Shown: positions 20,734 through 30,735, counted from the stretch's first letter. The stretch: 64,000 nucleotides of DNA from an uncultured bacterium (GCA_964596185.1 CAZQUE010000003.1:65213-129212), one strand, 5' to 3'. A program made the numbers and translations. The notes: generated by a model from the sequence alone, not told the origin.

Positions 20734-21357
20734 ATGAAAGAAATAGTAGCGTTGGCAGTTGATGAACTTAAGAAAAAATACCAGCCGCACACAATCATTT
20801 TGTATGGATCATATGCAAGAAACGAAGAAACAGAAACCAGTGACCTTGATATTGCCGGCTTTTGCGACAAAGAAGAAGAATTGAAAGACGCCCGGATTTT
20901 TCATGGAATCTATCTCGATGCCTGGATTCACCCGACCAGCACTTTGGAAAACGTCTCTGATGCTTCCTTGTGCTACGAAGACGGGGCTGTTCTCTATGAT
21001 GAGCGCGGTCTTGGCAAGGTTTTCATTGAAAAGGTAAAAGCTTTGCAAAAGCGGGGCACAAAGCCAATGGCAAGCGGCGACCTTAGTCATTTGAAACAAT
21101 GGGTTAACAAAATGCTTGAGCGGGCCGCTAATGGCGATATAGACGGAAATTACCGCAGAACCTGGCTGCAGTTTGATTTGTTGAAAATGTATTTTGATAT
21201 TCGTGGTTTATGGTTTCTTGGCCACAAAAAAAGCTTCCAATATCTGCAGAAGCATGATGCAGAAGGTTACAGACTGTTCGAGGCTGTTTACAGTCGTCCG
21301 CAAGATATTGAAGCTCTCAGAAAACTCGCAGTGTTTGTCGTCGAAATTCAGGGATAA
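20734..21357 (+). CDS. nucleotidyltransferase-domain protein (KNTase / antibiotic nucleotidyltransferase-like)
   Basis: LYGSYARNEETETSDLDIAGF is the Pol-beta-type nucleotidyltransferase GS...D.D motif. An internal ATG at 20734 with a Shine-Dalgarno is preferred over the track start at 20626. Confidence 0.55.
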   Translation: MKEIVALAVDELKKKYQPHTIILYGSYARNEETETSDLDIAGFCDKEEELKDARIFHGIYLDAWIHPTSTLENVSDASLCYEDGAVLYDERGLGKVFIEKVKALQKRGTKPMASGDLSHLKQWVNKMLERAANGDIDGNYRRTWLQFDLLKMYFDIRGLWFLGHKKSFQYLQKHDAEGYRLFEAVYSRPQDIEALRKLAVFVVEIQG

Positions 21358-21482
21358 AGAGGCTGCTTAAATAGTTCATCTGGGGCGCAATTATCAAAAT
21401 TGTACTCTGGCTGAAAGCGCAGATTCTCGCTATAATCATTTCTGAGTTACGTCAGACTGAAAAATAGGATTCTTTAAAAGAC

Positions 21483-22313
21483 ATGGAAAGAAAAGAATTT
21501 GAACAGATCTTGAAGCGGGCCCTTGAATTACAGAGTCTGCAGAAAAAGAAAACCGAAGAAAGCGAAAGCAGCTATTCAGCTGAAGATTTGCATTCAGCCG
21601 CATCCAGACTTGGCATAAGCCAGGATATTCTCGAAAAGGCCATTTCTGAAACCGGTAACAAATTCAAGAAATTTCACCTGTCAGCCTCACCTGATGATGC
21701 TAAAGAGGCTTTTTTAAAGCACTTTCTCATGCAGGAAACCAATACATCTCATCAGCATCAGCCAATGAGAATTGACCACAACACTATCAAAATAGGTTCT
21801 AACAGTGCAATCAGAATCTATCACCCTCATGGTAAGGAAATCGAGGCTTTCGTGGAATTCTCTGACGATGGCAGTGGTGGCACCAACGTGACCTGGACGG
21901 GCAATACCAGACTCAGCACCCCGACAAAACTGATTGTGGGGGGCTGGCCTTTTGGAATTCTAATTTTTATCGCAATTTCGGCATTCGTGAAAGGACTGGC
22001 TCTTACGCCGCTTCTTCCGCTTCTTCTTATGTTTTTTCTGGTCTCACAAATAATGGTCTGGGCAATGCAAAAAAACGCCGACCGGCTGGAAGAAAATCTC
22101 ACCAGCTATTTTTCAAACTGCCAGACCCTGGACGAGCTAGAGGCTCACAAGCAGATGAAGAAAGAACTTGAAGAGTACAGAAACGAAAAAACAGAATCAT
22201 TGAGCAACAAGCAGAAAGAGATCCTTAAAAAGCCGGTTAAAGAGCTTGAAGACGATGAAGAAGAAAACAGCGATGCTCCCGGTTTAAGTGGAGAAAAATA
22301 TGAGCGAGAATAG
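21483..22313 (+). CDS. hypothetical membrane protein with acidic coiled-coil C-terminus
   Basis: Two hydrophobic helices in the middle and a Glu/Lys-rich tail. No recognized domain. Confidence 0.45.
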   Translation: MERKEFEQILKRALELQSLQKKKTEESESSYSAEDLHSAASRLGISQDILEKAISETGNKFKKFHLSASPDDAKEAFLKHFLMQETNTSHQHQPMRIDHNTIKIGSNSAIRIYHPHGKEIEAFVEFSDDGSGGTNVTWTGNTRLSTPTKLIVGGWPFGILIFIAISAFVKGLALTPLLPLLLMFFLVSQIMVWAMQKNADRLEENLTSYFSNCQTLDELEAHKQMKKELEEYRNEKTESLSNKQKEILKKPVKELEDDEEENSDAPGLSGEKYERE

Positions 22314-23474
22314 TCAGCGGCTACCAATTAACTGACGCAGAACCAGAGGCATGCGCTTGCGCCATGAGCCTTCTGAATGGGTGCCGCCAACGAATTCTTT
22401 GTAAATCAGACCCTTGAATTCGGGAAGTTGCTCGGCCATTGTTGCTGCCAGTTTTCTCGTGTTGGCAATCGCTTCTTCGCCTTCGCGGGTACCCATATCG
22501 ACCCAGATTTTACCCTTGAATTCGCAAACCTGGTTCTTGAGCAGCCAGTCGATAATTCCGCCATTTGCCCACCAGATCGAGGGTGACATGGCAATAATGC
22601 CGCCGAAAGTATCTTTGCGAGAAACGCCGATATAGAGCGAAATAAGCCCGCCAAGAGAAGAGCCGCCGATAAAAGTGTCGGCTCGACCGGTTCTGGTTCT
22701 GAACTTTTTATCAATCATCGGCTTGAGTTCTTTAACCAGAAATTTGGCGTAATTCTCACCATCACCGCCCTTGTGTTTAGGATCAGGAAAAGGTGTGTAT
22801 TCACTCATGCGTTCTGAAGTGTTGCCAATGGCAACTACAATTGCTTCGCGCAGCTCACCTTTGCCAATGCCATCACTCATTGCTTCGTCTATTCCCCAGT
22901 CAACACCACCAAAAGAGGTGCCGGGGTCGAATAGATTGCCGCCGTCGTGCATGTAAATTACCGGATAGCGTTTCTTTTTGCTGGTCTGATAGGAGGGCGG
23001 CAGCCAGACAATAACGTCACGCAGAGGTTTAAGGAACTTAGAGCCAATCTGAGGGAGAACCTGAAAATCTCCGGTGATTTCAGGTTGATAAGCCGGCGTC
23101 GGAAGCTGGTCTGCCCAGGCTTCTATCTGTATTCGCTCGATGATTGGCTGGTTCGCTATTTTTATTTTTCGATTGGGGCGCTCATAGCCTTTGGCAGTTT
23201 TTTCAACGCTGGCAAAACTGCCACGGGTAAATTTGTATTCCAGTTCGGTTCCGGGAGCGAAATCAGCTTTGAACTGAAAGAGATTTGGTCCGATTTCCTG
23301 TAGTCGTTTGCCGCTTCCGGCCCAGTTCGTCAGCTGGGTTGAGTTGCCGGTTATACAAACTGGCTCATTATCGGGGGTTGATGCCGGCACCGTTACAATA
23401 AGTGTGAGCTCAGCACCTGTCAGGCTTGCCGTAAAAATGATAAGCCAGAGAATTGTCAGTTTGTAAGCTTTCAT
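22314..23474 (-). CDS. secreted esterase (putative esterase / enterochelin-esterase-like alpha/beta hydrolase) with N-terminal beta-sandwich carbohydrate-binding-like domain
   Basis: Signal peptide. Motifs YPVIYMHDGGNLFD and GGSSLGG (GxSxG nucleophile). Confidence 0.65.
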   Translation of the reverse strand: MKAYKLTILWLIIFTASLTGAELTLIVTVPASTPDNEPVCITGNSTQLTNWAGSGKRLQEIGPNLFQFKADFAPGTELEYKFTRGSFASVEKTAKGYERPNRKIKIANQPIIERIQIEAWADQLPTPAYQPEITGDFQVLPQIGSKFLKPLRDVIVWLPPSYQTSKKKRYPVIYMHDGGNLFDPGTSFGGVDWGIDEAMSDGIGKGELREAIVVAIGNTSERMSEYTPFPDPKHKGGDGENYAKFLVKELKPMIDKKFRTRTGRADTFIGGSSLGGLISLYIGVSRKDTFGGIIAMSPSIWWANGGIIDWLLKNQVCEFKGKIWVDMGTREGEEAIANTRKLAATMAEQLPEFKGLIYKEFVGGTHSEGSWRKRMPLVLRQLIGSR

Positions 23475-23619
23475 TGTTTGCTCCTGAAAACGTTTTTTTC
23501 ATTATAGCCTTTGCCGGAAAAAATACAAACAGATAGAAATGGCAAAGTGATATGGTTATAATCAAAGGCATAAAAGACAAAACGAGTTGGCGACATCAGC
23601 TTTTGCGAAAGGATAACTT

Positions 23620-24777
23620 ATGATTGAAAGCGGTTTTGCTTATCTTGCTGCGCTATTGTTCACCATTGCATTGATTGTTCAGCTTGATAAAAAATTTGAA
23701 AAATTTTTCAGCTATGTACCTGGAATTGTCGTCATCTATTTTCTGGTTATGACCTTTTCTTCTCTGGGTCTGTGGAAACAGACTGATGAGGTTAATCTAT
23801 ATTACAAGCATGTTAAAGCCAATATTCTGCCGGTTATGATTTTTTTGATGCTGCTGCGCTGTGATCTCAAGAAAATTTTCAAACTGGGACCGAGGATGGT
23901 GCTTGGATTTCTTTCGGCGTCTCTGACCATCGGAATAGGCTTTGTCGTGACCTATTTTTTGTTCAAATCTCATTATGAGCCGCATACCTGGAAAACTTTC
24001 GCTGCGTTGTCAGGCTCATGGATGGGCGGTACCGGTAACATGGCTGCTATTCAGGCAGCGTTAGGGGTTTCCGATTCACAGATGGGCTATACCCTGTTAA
24101 TGGATTCAGTTAACTATTCGGTATGGGTGATGATATTGCTGGCGATCGTCCCCTATGCACATAAATTCAATGCCTGGGTTGGTGCCGACACCTCGATGAT
24201 CGACGAGATCGGAGCCAAGCTTACTACGGAAGCTGAACAGGTGGAAACGCCGATGAGCTTTACCCATCTTTCACTGCTTGCCGGTTCGAGCATGTTTTTC
24301 GCTGCCGTTTCAAAATATCTGGCCGGGTTTTTGCCCGTCTCGGCATTCTTGAGCGAAAACACCTGGACAATTCTTATTGTAACCATTTTCGGAGTAGTCG
24401 CGGCAATGACCAGACTTGGGCAGACTCCGGGTATTTCTCAGCTGGCAAGTTTGACGCTCTATATAATTGTTGCGTTGGTCGGGTCTCGCGCCAATTTTTC
24501 CGAGCTTTCGCAGGCGCCATTTTATATTTTTTCTGGTTTTGTGATTTTGGCAGTTCATGTTCTTCTGCTGGCCCTGATTGCCAGATTACTCAAGCTTGAC
24601 CTGTTTACCTGCGGGGTGGCGAGTTTGGCCAATATTGGCGGAGTAGCTTCTGCCCCAATCCTGGCGGCGGCATATAGCGAAGCGCTTGTGCCGATTGGAA
24701 TTCTGATGGGAATGCTTGGTTATGTGGTTGGAACCGGTGGTGGCCTTCTGGTCGGCAAGATTCTTTCGGCGATGTAG
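23620..24777 (+). CDS. polytopic integral membrane protein (DUF819-like, putative)
   Basis: About 10 hydrophobic helices. The family assignment is tentative. Confidence 0.45.
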   Translation: MIESGFAYLAALLFTIALIVQLDKKFEKFFSYVPGIVVIYFLVMTFSSLGLWKQTDEVNLYYKHVKANILPVMIFLMLLRCDLKKIFKLGPRMVLGFLSASLTIGIGFVVTYFLFKSHYEPHTWKTFAALSGSWMGGTGNMAAIQAALGVSDSQMGYTLLMDSVNYSVWVMILLAIVPYAHKFNAWVGADTSMIDEIGAKLTTEAEQVETPMSFTHLSLLAGSSMFFAAVSKYLAGFLPVSAFLSENTWTILIVTIFGVVAAMTRLGQTPGISQLASLTLYIIVALVGSRANFSELSQAPFYIFSGFVILAVHVLLLALIARLLKLDLFTCGVASLANIGGVASAPILAAAYSEALVPIGILMGMLGYVVGTGGGLLVGKILSAM

Positions 24778-24796
24778 TTGAAAAGGTGAGAAATTT

Positions 24797-26194
24797 ATGA
24801 GGTTTTTTTTAAAAAAATGTTTAATTGTTTTGGCTTTTTGTTTTTTGTGTGGTGCCCAATACTCCTGGGCTTCAGACTGTTATGTGCAATATGATTTGAA
24901 CATTCCTGGAGTCAGCATTGACATGCTCAATCCGGATTTCTGGGTTGAGCGTAATGCAGATCCAGACCGGGTGATCATGAATTCTGACCAGATTGAACTG
25001 TTTAACCGGCAAAATTTGCGGGAATGTGAGGTTTTAAAAGATTTGCGCAGTTACAGCCGTGTTATCAGCGGTGACAAGTTGCGACAAATGATTGAAAAAG
25101 TGAGTGCCCGGCCAAAAAGTAAACGTTATTTGCATGGCAAAGAGGTCGGCGATGAATATTTTGCCGGTCAAGAAGAAAATTTGAACTTGAAAAGTATTGC
25201 CCGAATTATTCCGGTTCGATACGGCATAACGGTTCGGCGCACGGAAATGCGTGCTTTCCCGACTTTTGACCGGGTGTTCAGTGAACCTGATGACCTGGAA
25301 ACAGATCGATTCATCGAAACCGCACTTTATCCAGTTGAACCTCTGGTAATTCTTCATCAGAGTGCAGACCAGAAATGGTTTTTGGCTCAAGCCTACAATT
25401 ATCTGGCCTGGGTACCAGTCGAAGCGGTTGCGGTTGCCGACAAGGGCATGCTTTTTTCCTATCTCGACAATTCCAGCTTTCTCGTCGTAACCGGTAAAGG
25501 TGTTTTAACCGCTTTCAATCCAGTCAATCCCGACATTTCGGAATTACAGCTGGACATGGGAGTGCGGGTGCCTCTAGCCTGTCGCGATGAAATTCCTCTC
25601 GATATCGACGGGCAGCATCCGGCGGGAAACTATGTGGTTAAACTGCCAGTGCGTGATTCTGATGGAAGTCTGAAGTTCAAGCTTGGGCTGATCGCCATGG
25701 CTGATGACGTTAGGGTCGGATATCTGCCGTTCACCCGTCGCAATATTATCAAGCAGGCGTTTAAATTTCTTGGTCAGCGCTATGGCTGGGGTGGCATGTT
25801 CAATACGCGCGATTGCAGCGCTTTTATTATGGATAATTTCCGAAGTATGGGTGTGTTGTTGCCAAGAAACGCTGGCGAGCAGGGCAAATTGTCGATTGGG
25901 GTTAAGCATGAATTTGAAAAGGATATGACTCTCGATCAACGAAAGGAAATTTTTGCTAATTTGCCGGCAACGCCGATCTACATGAATGGCCATGCCATGC
26001 TTTATTTGGGCAGCTATAACGATGATTTTTACATTATTCACGATTTTGCCGGTTTTCGGGCGCAGGGTGCCGACGGAACCATGCAATCGTCAAAAACTCG
26101 ATGCGTTTTTGTTACTCCGCTTCTGAAGACATTTCTGTCCAGCGGCAAAATGTATATTGAAGGGCTTTATGCTGCCCGTGAATTCAATTTTTAA
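24797..26194 (+). CDS. NlpC/P60 family gamma-D-glutamyl-L-diamino acid endopeptidase-like protein (YkfC-like) with N-terminal SH3b-type domains
   Basis: Signal peptide. Catalytic Cys in NTRDCSAFIMDNF and His in GHAMLYLG...IIHD. The adjacent YkfB-like epimerase gene mirrors the B. subtilis ykfB-ykfC pairing. Confidence 0.65.
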   Translation: MRFFLKKCLIVLAFCFLCGAQYSWASDCYVQYDLNIPGVSIDMLNPDFWVERNADPDRVIMNSDQIELFNRQNLRECEVLKDLRSYSRVISGDKLRQMIEKVSARPKSKRYLHGKEVGDEYFAGQEENLNLKSIARIIPVRYGITVRRTEMRAFPTFDRVFSEPDDLETDRFIETALYPVEPLVILHQSADQKWFLAQAYNYLAWVPVEAVAVADKGMLFSYLDNSSFLVVTGKGVLTAFNPVNPDISELQLDMGVRVPLACRDEIPLDIDGQHPAGNYVVKLPVRDSDGSLKFKLGLIAMADDVRVGYLPFTRRNIIKQAFKFLGQRYGWGGMFNTRDCSAFIMDNFRSMGVLLPRNAGEQGKLSIGVKHEFEKDMTLDQRKEIFANLPATPIYMNGHAMLYLGSYNDDFYIIHDFAGFRAQGADGTMQSSKTRCVFVTPLLKTFLSSGKMYIEGLYAAREFNF

Positions 26195-26211
26195 GACATC
26201 GGAGAGGTAAT

Positions 26212-27300
26212 ATGCGAATCGTAAACATCAAAACCGGAACCATTTCAATACCGTTGATAACCCCTTTTAAAACTGCTTTGAGAACCGTTAACAGCATCGG
26301 TTCCATGATCGTTGCCGTAGAAACTGACGAAGGGGCGATAGGTTATGGTGAAGCGCATCCAACCGGCCCGATAACCGGAGAATCGCTTGGAAGCGTTCGT
26401 GGCGCGATTAATGAATTCATTCTCCCCAGACTTAAGGGTAAAGAGATTGCCAATCTTGAAGATTGTCTGAATTCGCTTGATCAGGCACTTGTAAAAAATA
26501 CCAGCGCCAAGGCAGCAGTTGAAATGGCTATTTTCGATCTCTTCGGCAAGCTTTACCGGATTCCTCTTTATCGACTTTTGGGCGGTTATCGCCAGCAGAT
26601 TGAAAGCGATCTAACCATAAGTGTAAACAGTCCTGATGAGATGGCTGATGACACTGTTAAAGCCGTTGATCGCGGCTTTCGAATTCTTAAAGTAAAAGTA
26701 GGGCTCGATCCTCAGCTGGACATTGAAAGAATTAAGGCCGTGCGCAAGGCGGCTGGACCTCAAGCTCTGATTCGAGTCGATGCAAACCAGGGCTGGACCG
26801 TTCGCGATTCGATAAGAATCATGAAAGAGCTCGAAGCCGCGGATCTCGGAATAGAGCTGGTCGAGCAGCCGGTAGTTGCCGGTGATTATCAGGGCTTAAA
26901 AGCGGTTACTGAAGCGATTAAAACACCGGTGCTTGCTGATGAAGCTGTTTTTTCACCTCTCGATGCCGCTAAAATAATCGATATGCGGGCTGCGGATTTC
27001 GTGAATATCAAGCTGATGAAAACAGGCGGAATTCGCGCTGCTTTAAAAATTTGTGCTTTGGCGGAAATGCACGGTGTCGAATGCTTCATGGGTTGCATGA
27101 TGGAAAGCAAGCTGAGTGTGACTGCAGCTGCTCACCTGGCTTGTGCAAAATCGATCATTACCCGCTGCGACCTTGATAGTCCATCGCTTTGTAGCTCAGA
27201 CCCAATTCGGGGCGGAGTGGAGATCGATGGCCCGATGCTGCGGGTTTCGGAAGCTCCCGGAATGGGTATTGAATCTATAGAAGGCGTCTGCTGGGACTGA
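26212..27300 (+). CDS. L-Ala-D/L-Glu epimerase (enolase superfamily, muconate-cycloisomerase-like)
   Basis: Enolase-superfamily motifs KVKVG, IRVDANQGWT, ELVEQP and DE. Confidence 0.7.
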   Translation: MRIVNIKTGTISIPLITPFKTALRTVNSIGSMIVAVETDEGAIGYGEAHPTGPITGESLGSVRGAINEFILPRLKGKEIANLEDCLNSLDQALVKNTSAKAAVEMAIFDLFGKLYRIPLYRLLGGYRQQIESDLTISVNSPDEMADDTVKAVDRGFRILKVKVGLDPQLDIERIKAVRKAAGPQALIRVDANQGWTVRDSIRIMKELEAADLGIELVEQPVVAGDYQGLKAVTEAIKTPVLADEAVFSPLDAAKIIDMRAADFVNIKLMKTGGIRAALKICALAEMHGVECFMGCMMESKLSVTAAAHLACAKSIITRCDLDSPSLCSSDPIRGGVEIDGPMLRVSEAPGMGIESIEGVCWD

Positions 27301-27461
27301 TTCGTGTGTAATTCGAGCTATGTAATGGATTTTTTTATAAAATTTGTTACTCAACTGCTGAGTTGTGCGTAATAGCCTTACAATGCGAAAATCACTTCCG
27401 TTGTACCTTCTGTTCTATTATAATCTAACCTAAGAAGTATAAGGAGTATAAGAGGTTTGAT

Positions 27462-28466
27462 ATGAAGAAATTGAATTTTGTATTCAGTATTGCTTTGTTA
27501 CTGGCTTTTGTTGCTTTTTCTGCCGCGGTTTTTGCAGATGTCGATCTGCCCGATTATCAGAAAACCCATTATCCTGATTTTGCCGTTTCCGGTAAAACTT
27601 ATGACAAGGCTGAAACCGAAGTTTTTAACATGGACACTGCCGTTAATAACGTCATCGTCATGGTTGATGCAGATGTTGCCGAAAAAGCCATGTTAAGAGG
27701 CTATGTTCGCTTTCAGTATGCCGAAAGCGGTAAATGGACAAGATACATGGCTTTTGAAGGTGAGTATCACTTCTCATCTGTCGATACCCTGGCAGCTTAT
27801 CAGATGATGTATATTCTGCGTGACCCTGAAAAAGGCGCTAGCAGAATCAATGCCGTTACCGTAAACGGTAATTACATTCCTGAAGAACAAATGGAATATT
27901 TCATTCAAAAACCTTTGCCATTTGAGCCTATGAAGGTTTATCCGAAACCGACAGTAGTCAGCAGATCCGCCTGGGGCGCTAGACCACCGAAATCCGGATA
28001 TTCTTCTCACACTCCCCAGCGCTTGATTGTCCATCACAGCTATATTCCCAATCAGTCGCAATATAAAGGCGCAGCGAGCATTCGTGGCATTCAGAATTAC
28101 CACATGGATGACCCAAAAACTCTTTGGAACGATATAGGTTACCATTTCCTGATCGGTCCAGAAGGAACCATTTATCAGGGGCGCCCTGAAACCGTCGTCG
28201 GTGCTCACTGCTCACCAAACACCAATTCTGTTGGCGTTTGTCTTATCGGTGATTATGATCCGGGAAAAGATCCGATTCCACCGGTAATGGAACAGTCCTT
28301 GCTCAAGCTTTTGAGCTGGCTCGCCTCAAATTACCGTATAGATCCACGCGTAAACATTTATGGTCACTGTGATTTTTCATCAAAATCCTGCCCTGGTAAA
28401 AACGTTTACGTTCGCCTGCCCCAGTATAAAGAACTCATTCTCGCAAATATCGGCGATAAAAAATAA
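27462..28466 (+). CDS. N-acetylmuramoyl-L-alanine amidase (amidase_2 / PGRP domain) with N-terminal secreted domain
   Basis: Signal peptide. The C-terminal PGRP/amidase_2 pattern HHS...WNDIGYHFLIGPEGTIYQGR...GAHC...GHCDF...CPG shows Zn-binding His/His/Cys. Confidence 0.75.
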   Translation: MKKLNFVFSIALLLAFVAFSAAVFADVDLPDYQKTHYPDFAVSGKTYDKAETEVFNMDTAVNNVIVMVDADVAEKAMLRGYVRFQYAESGKWTRYMAFEGEYHFSSVDTLAAYQMMYILRDPEKGASRINAVTVNGNYIPEEQMEYFIQKPLPFEPMKVYPKPTVVSRSAWGARPPKSGYSSHTPQRLIVHHSYIPNQSQYKGAASIRGIQNYHMDDPKTLWNDIGYHFLIGPEGTIYQGRPETVVGAHCSPNTNSVGVCLIGDYDPGKDPIPPVMEQSLLKLLSWLASNYRIDPRVNIYGHCDFSSKSCPGKNVYVRLPQYKELILANIGDKK

Positions 28467-28492
28467 ACCTCAGAACCATTCCTGAGTTAAGG

Positions 28493-28525
28493 TGGCTGTC
28501 TCAAACTTTGGGGCAGCCATTTTTC
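28493..28525 (+). terminator. Rho-independent terminator (TGGCTG-loop-CAGCCA then TTTTT)
   Basis: Hairpin plus T-run about 27 bp after the amidase stop. Confidence 0.5.
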
Positions 28526-28613
28526 TTGAGGTTAATGCTTGTAATACTTGCCGGTTGAAAATTTTCCAGAGGATGATTAATCTAGAATTAATAAATAGAG
28601 CTGAGGTTGGAAA

Positions 28614-29264
28614 ATGGATTCAAAAATTCGCGAGTACTCTAAAGGTTCGACTATTTTTCATCGTGGCGAAGTCGGCAATAACGCTTATATTTTAACCGAA
28701 GGCACCGTTGAAATTGCCATGATAGACGGAAAAAGCAAGACGGTTCTGGGTGTTCTCAAGCCGGTTTCTGTGTTCGGCGAAATGGCGCTGCTACTCAAAA
28801 ATCAGCAAAGAACCGCTACTGCAACCGCTTTGTCGACTGCCAAGGTTGCAGAAATATCGCGTAAGGATTTTGATGAATTCTTTCATAAATCGCCCAAGCT
28901 GATCGCCGCAGTCTTGAAGGCGATGGTCGATCGACTCGAACAGACCAATGCCCGCATTTCGCAAAGTCCCGAACTTTATACAACCATCACCGAAAGCCTT
29001 AATCTGTTGATCATTCATGATCGGCTTAATCGAATTCGCTATGACGGATTCGTTGAATGCATGGTTAACAGCTGCAAACTAGACAGAAACGAGATTGAAA
29101 AATCCGTGGACTTTCTTGAAACCATCGGTTTGATCGAAATCCGGACTGACGGTGAAAACCGAATGATCGATATCGTCAGACCCGTGGATTTTATTGACCG
29201 CGCGCGCCGGATCTACAAAACATTTGCAAAAATGGGCGCCAGCCCTGACGCCGGCATTATTTAA
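28614..29264 (+). CDS. cyclic-nucleotide-binding domain protein (CAP-effector domain, no obvious HTH)
   Basis: N-terminal cNMP-binding signature (FHRGEVGNNAYILTEGTVEI...FGEMALL...RTATATAL). The C-terminal half lacks a Crp-type HTH. Confidence 0.6.
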   Translation: MDSKIREYSKGSTIFHRGEVGNNAYILTEGTVEIAMIDGKSKTVLGVLKPVSVFGEMALLLKNQQRTATATALSTAKVAEISRKDFDEFFHKSPKLIAAVLKAMVDRLEQTNARISQSPELYTTITESLNLLIIHDRLNRIRYDGFVECMVNSCKLDRNEIEKSVDFLETIGLIEIRTDGENRMIDIVRPVDFIDRARRIYKTFAKMGASPDAGII

Positions 29265-29266
29265 CC

Positions 29267-30733
29267 CTAATAATCGCGGGGTTTGTACTGTTCGAACGCC
29301 TTCTTGTCAAAGGCTCTTCTGTAGGCTTCCTGCGGCGAAATTTTTCGCTGTTTGACCAGATCCATCAGTGACTGATCCATGGTTTGCATTCCCATTTGTT
29401 TGCTGGTTTGCATGATCGACGGCAGCTGAAAGGTTTTGTTTTCGCGGATCAGGTTTGATACGGCGGGAGTGTTGATGAGAATTTCAAGGCAACACATACG
29501 GCTCATGCCATCGATAGTTGGAATAAGCTGTTGGGCGATGATTCCCTGCAGGGCGTCAGCCAGCTGAGTTCGAATCTGATCCTGCTGGTGCGCGGGGAAA
29601 ACGTCAACGATACGATCGACAGACTGGGCGGCAGACGGTGTGTGCAGGGTAGCAAAAACCAGATGGCCAGTTTCCGCAGCGGTTACTGCCAGAGAAATCG
29701 TTTCGTAATCGCGCATTTCGCCGACGAGAATGATGTCTGGATCTTCACGCAAAGCAGATCTGAGAGCATTGGAAAACGATTTGGTGTTTGGCCCGATTTC
29801 ACGTTGGTTGACGAGGCAGGTTCGGTGACGATGGACAAATTCGATCGGATCTTCGATGGTCAGAATGTGATCCTGGCGTTCACTGTTGATCTGATCAATC
29901 ATTGCTGCGAGTGTCGTTGATTTACCGGAGCCGGTGGGGCCGGTAACCAGGATCAGACCTTTGTTTCTTCGGGCAAGATCGCCGAGTACCGCCGGCAATT
30001 TTAGCTCGCCAAGGGACTTGATGTGGGTTGGAATAACGCGAAAAACGGCACCAAGACCGAGTCGGGTGAAGAATACGTTACAGCGGTAGCGTGCCACCCC
30101 TTCGAGCTCGTAAGAAATATCAAGTTCCAGATCCCGCTCGAGGCGTTCACGGTATTCATTGCTCAAAAACTGGTAAATAAGGCGTCTGGTTTCTTTATTT
30201 GTCAAAGTTGGTAGATCGGTTGGCCAGAGCTTGCCCTGTAAACGCAGCATTGGCGGCGAACCTACGGTTAAATGCAGGTCAGATCCGCTTTTTTCAACGA
30301 TAAGCTTTAGCAGATCATCGATGCTGTATTCTTCATCGCCGTCAACACCACCACCGATGGTGCCTGCAGGCGAGCTGCTTCTTTGCTGAGGAGCCCCTGT
30401 TGGTCTGGCAGGCGCAGCAGATGGAATTCCGGTTGGTCTTGCCGGAGCGTTTGCCGGTTGTGACGGCGGGCCAGCTGGTCTTGGAGCGGGCGCGGCAGGA
30501 GATGTCGGCACGCCGGTTGGCGCTGCTGGCCGGGCCGGTTGCTGTGGTGGCGGCCCTGCCGGTCTGGCTGGTTGTTGTGGAGCGACTGGTCTTGCCGGAG
30601 CCGCTGGTTGGGGGGCGCGTGGTTGCGCCGGCTGAGAAGGCTGAGCCGGTGCCGGGCTTCTCGGCTTGTTGCCGTTGTCAGAATTTTCGTCTGAGTTTCC
30701 GCCGAACAGTTTTCCAAAAAAATTGTCACTCAT
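29267..30733 (-). CDS. pilT: PilT-type twitching motility ATPase with ~130-aa proline-rich low-complexity N-terminal extension
   Basis: Canonical PilT core: SDLHL, Walker A GPTGSGKSTT, Asp box, Walker B DPDIILVGEMRD, His box ATLHT. The N-terminal extension consists of PAxPxxP-type repeats. Confidence 0.8.
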   Translation of the reverse strand: MSDNFFGKLFGGNSDENSDNGNKPRSPAPAQPSQPAQPRAPQPAAPARPVAPQQPARPAGPPPQQPARPAAPTGVPTSPAAPAPRPAGPPSQPANAPARPTGIPSAAPARPTGAPQQRSSSPAGTIGGGVDGDEEYSIDDLLKLIVEKSGSDLHLTVGSPPMLRLQGKLWPTDLPTLTNKETRRLIYQFLSNEYRERLERDLELDISYELEGVARYRCNVFFTRLGLGAVFRVIPTHIKSLGELKLPAVLGDLARRNKGLILVTGPTGSGKSTTLAAMIDQINSERQDHILTIEDPIEFVHRHRTCLVNQREIGPNTKSFSNALRSALREDPDIILVGEMRDYETISLAVTAAETGHLVFATLHTPSAAQSVDRIVDVFPAHQQDQIRTQLADALQGIIAQQLIPTIDGMSRMCCLEILINTPAVSNLIRENKTFQLPSIMQTSKQMGMQTMDQSLMDLVKQRKISPQEAYRRAFDKKAFEQYKPRDY

Positions 30734-30735
30734 GG

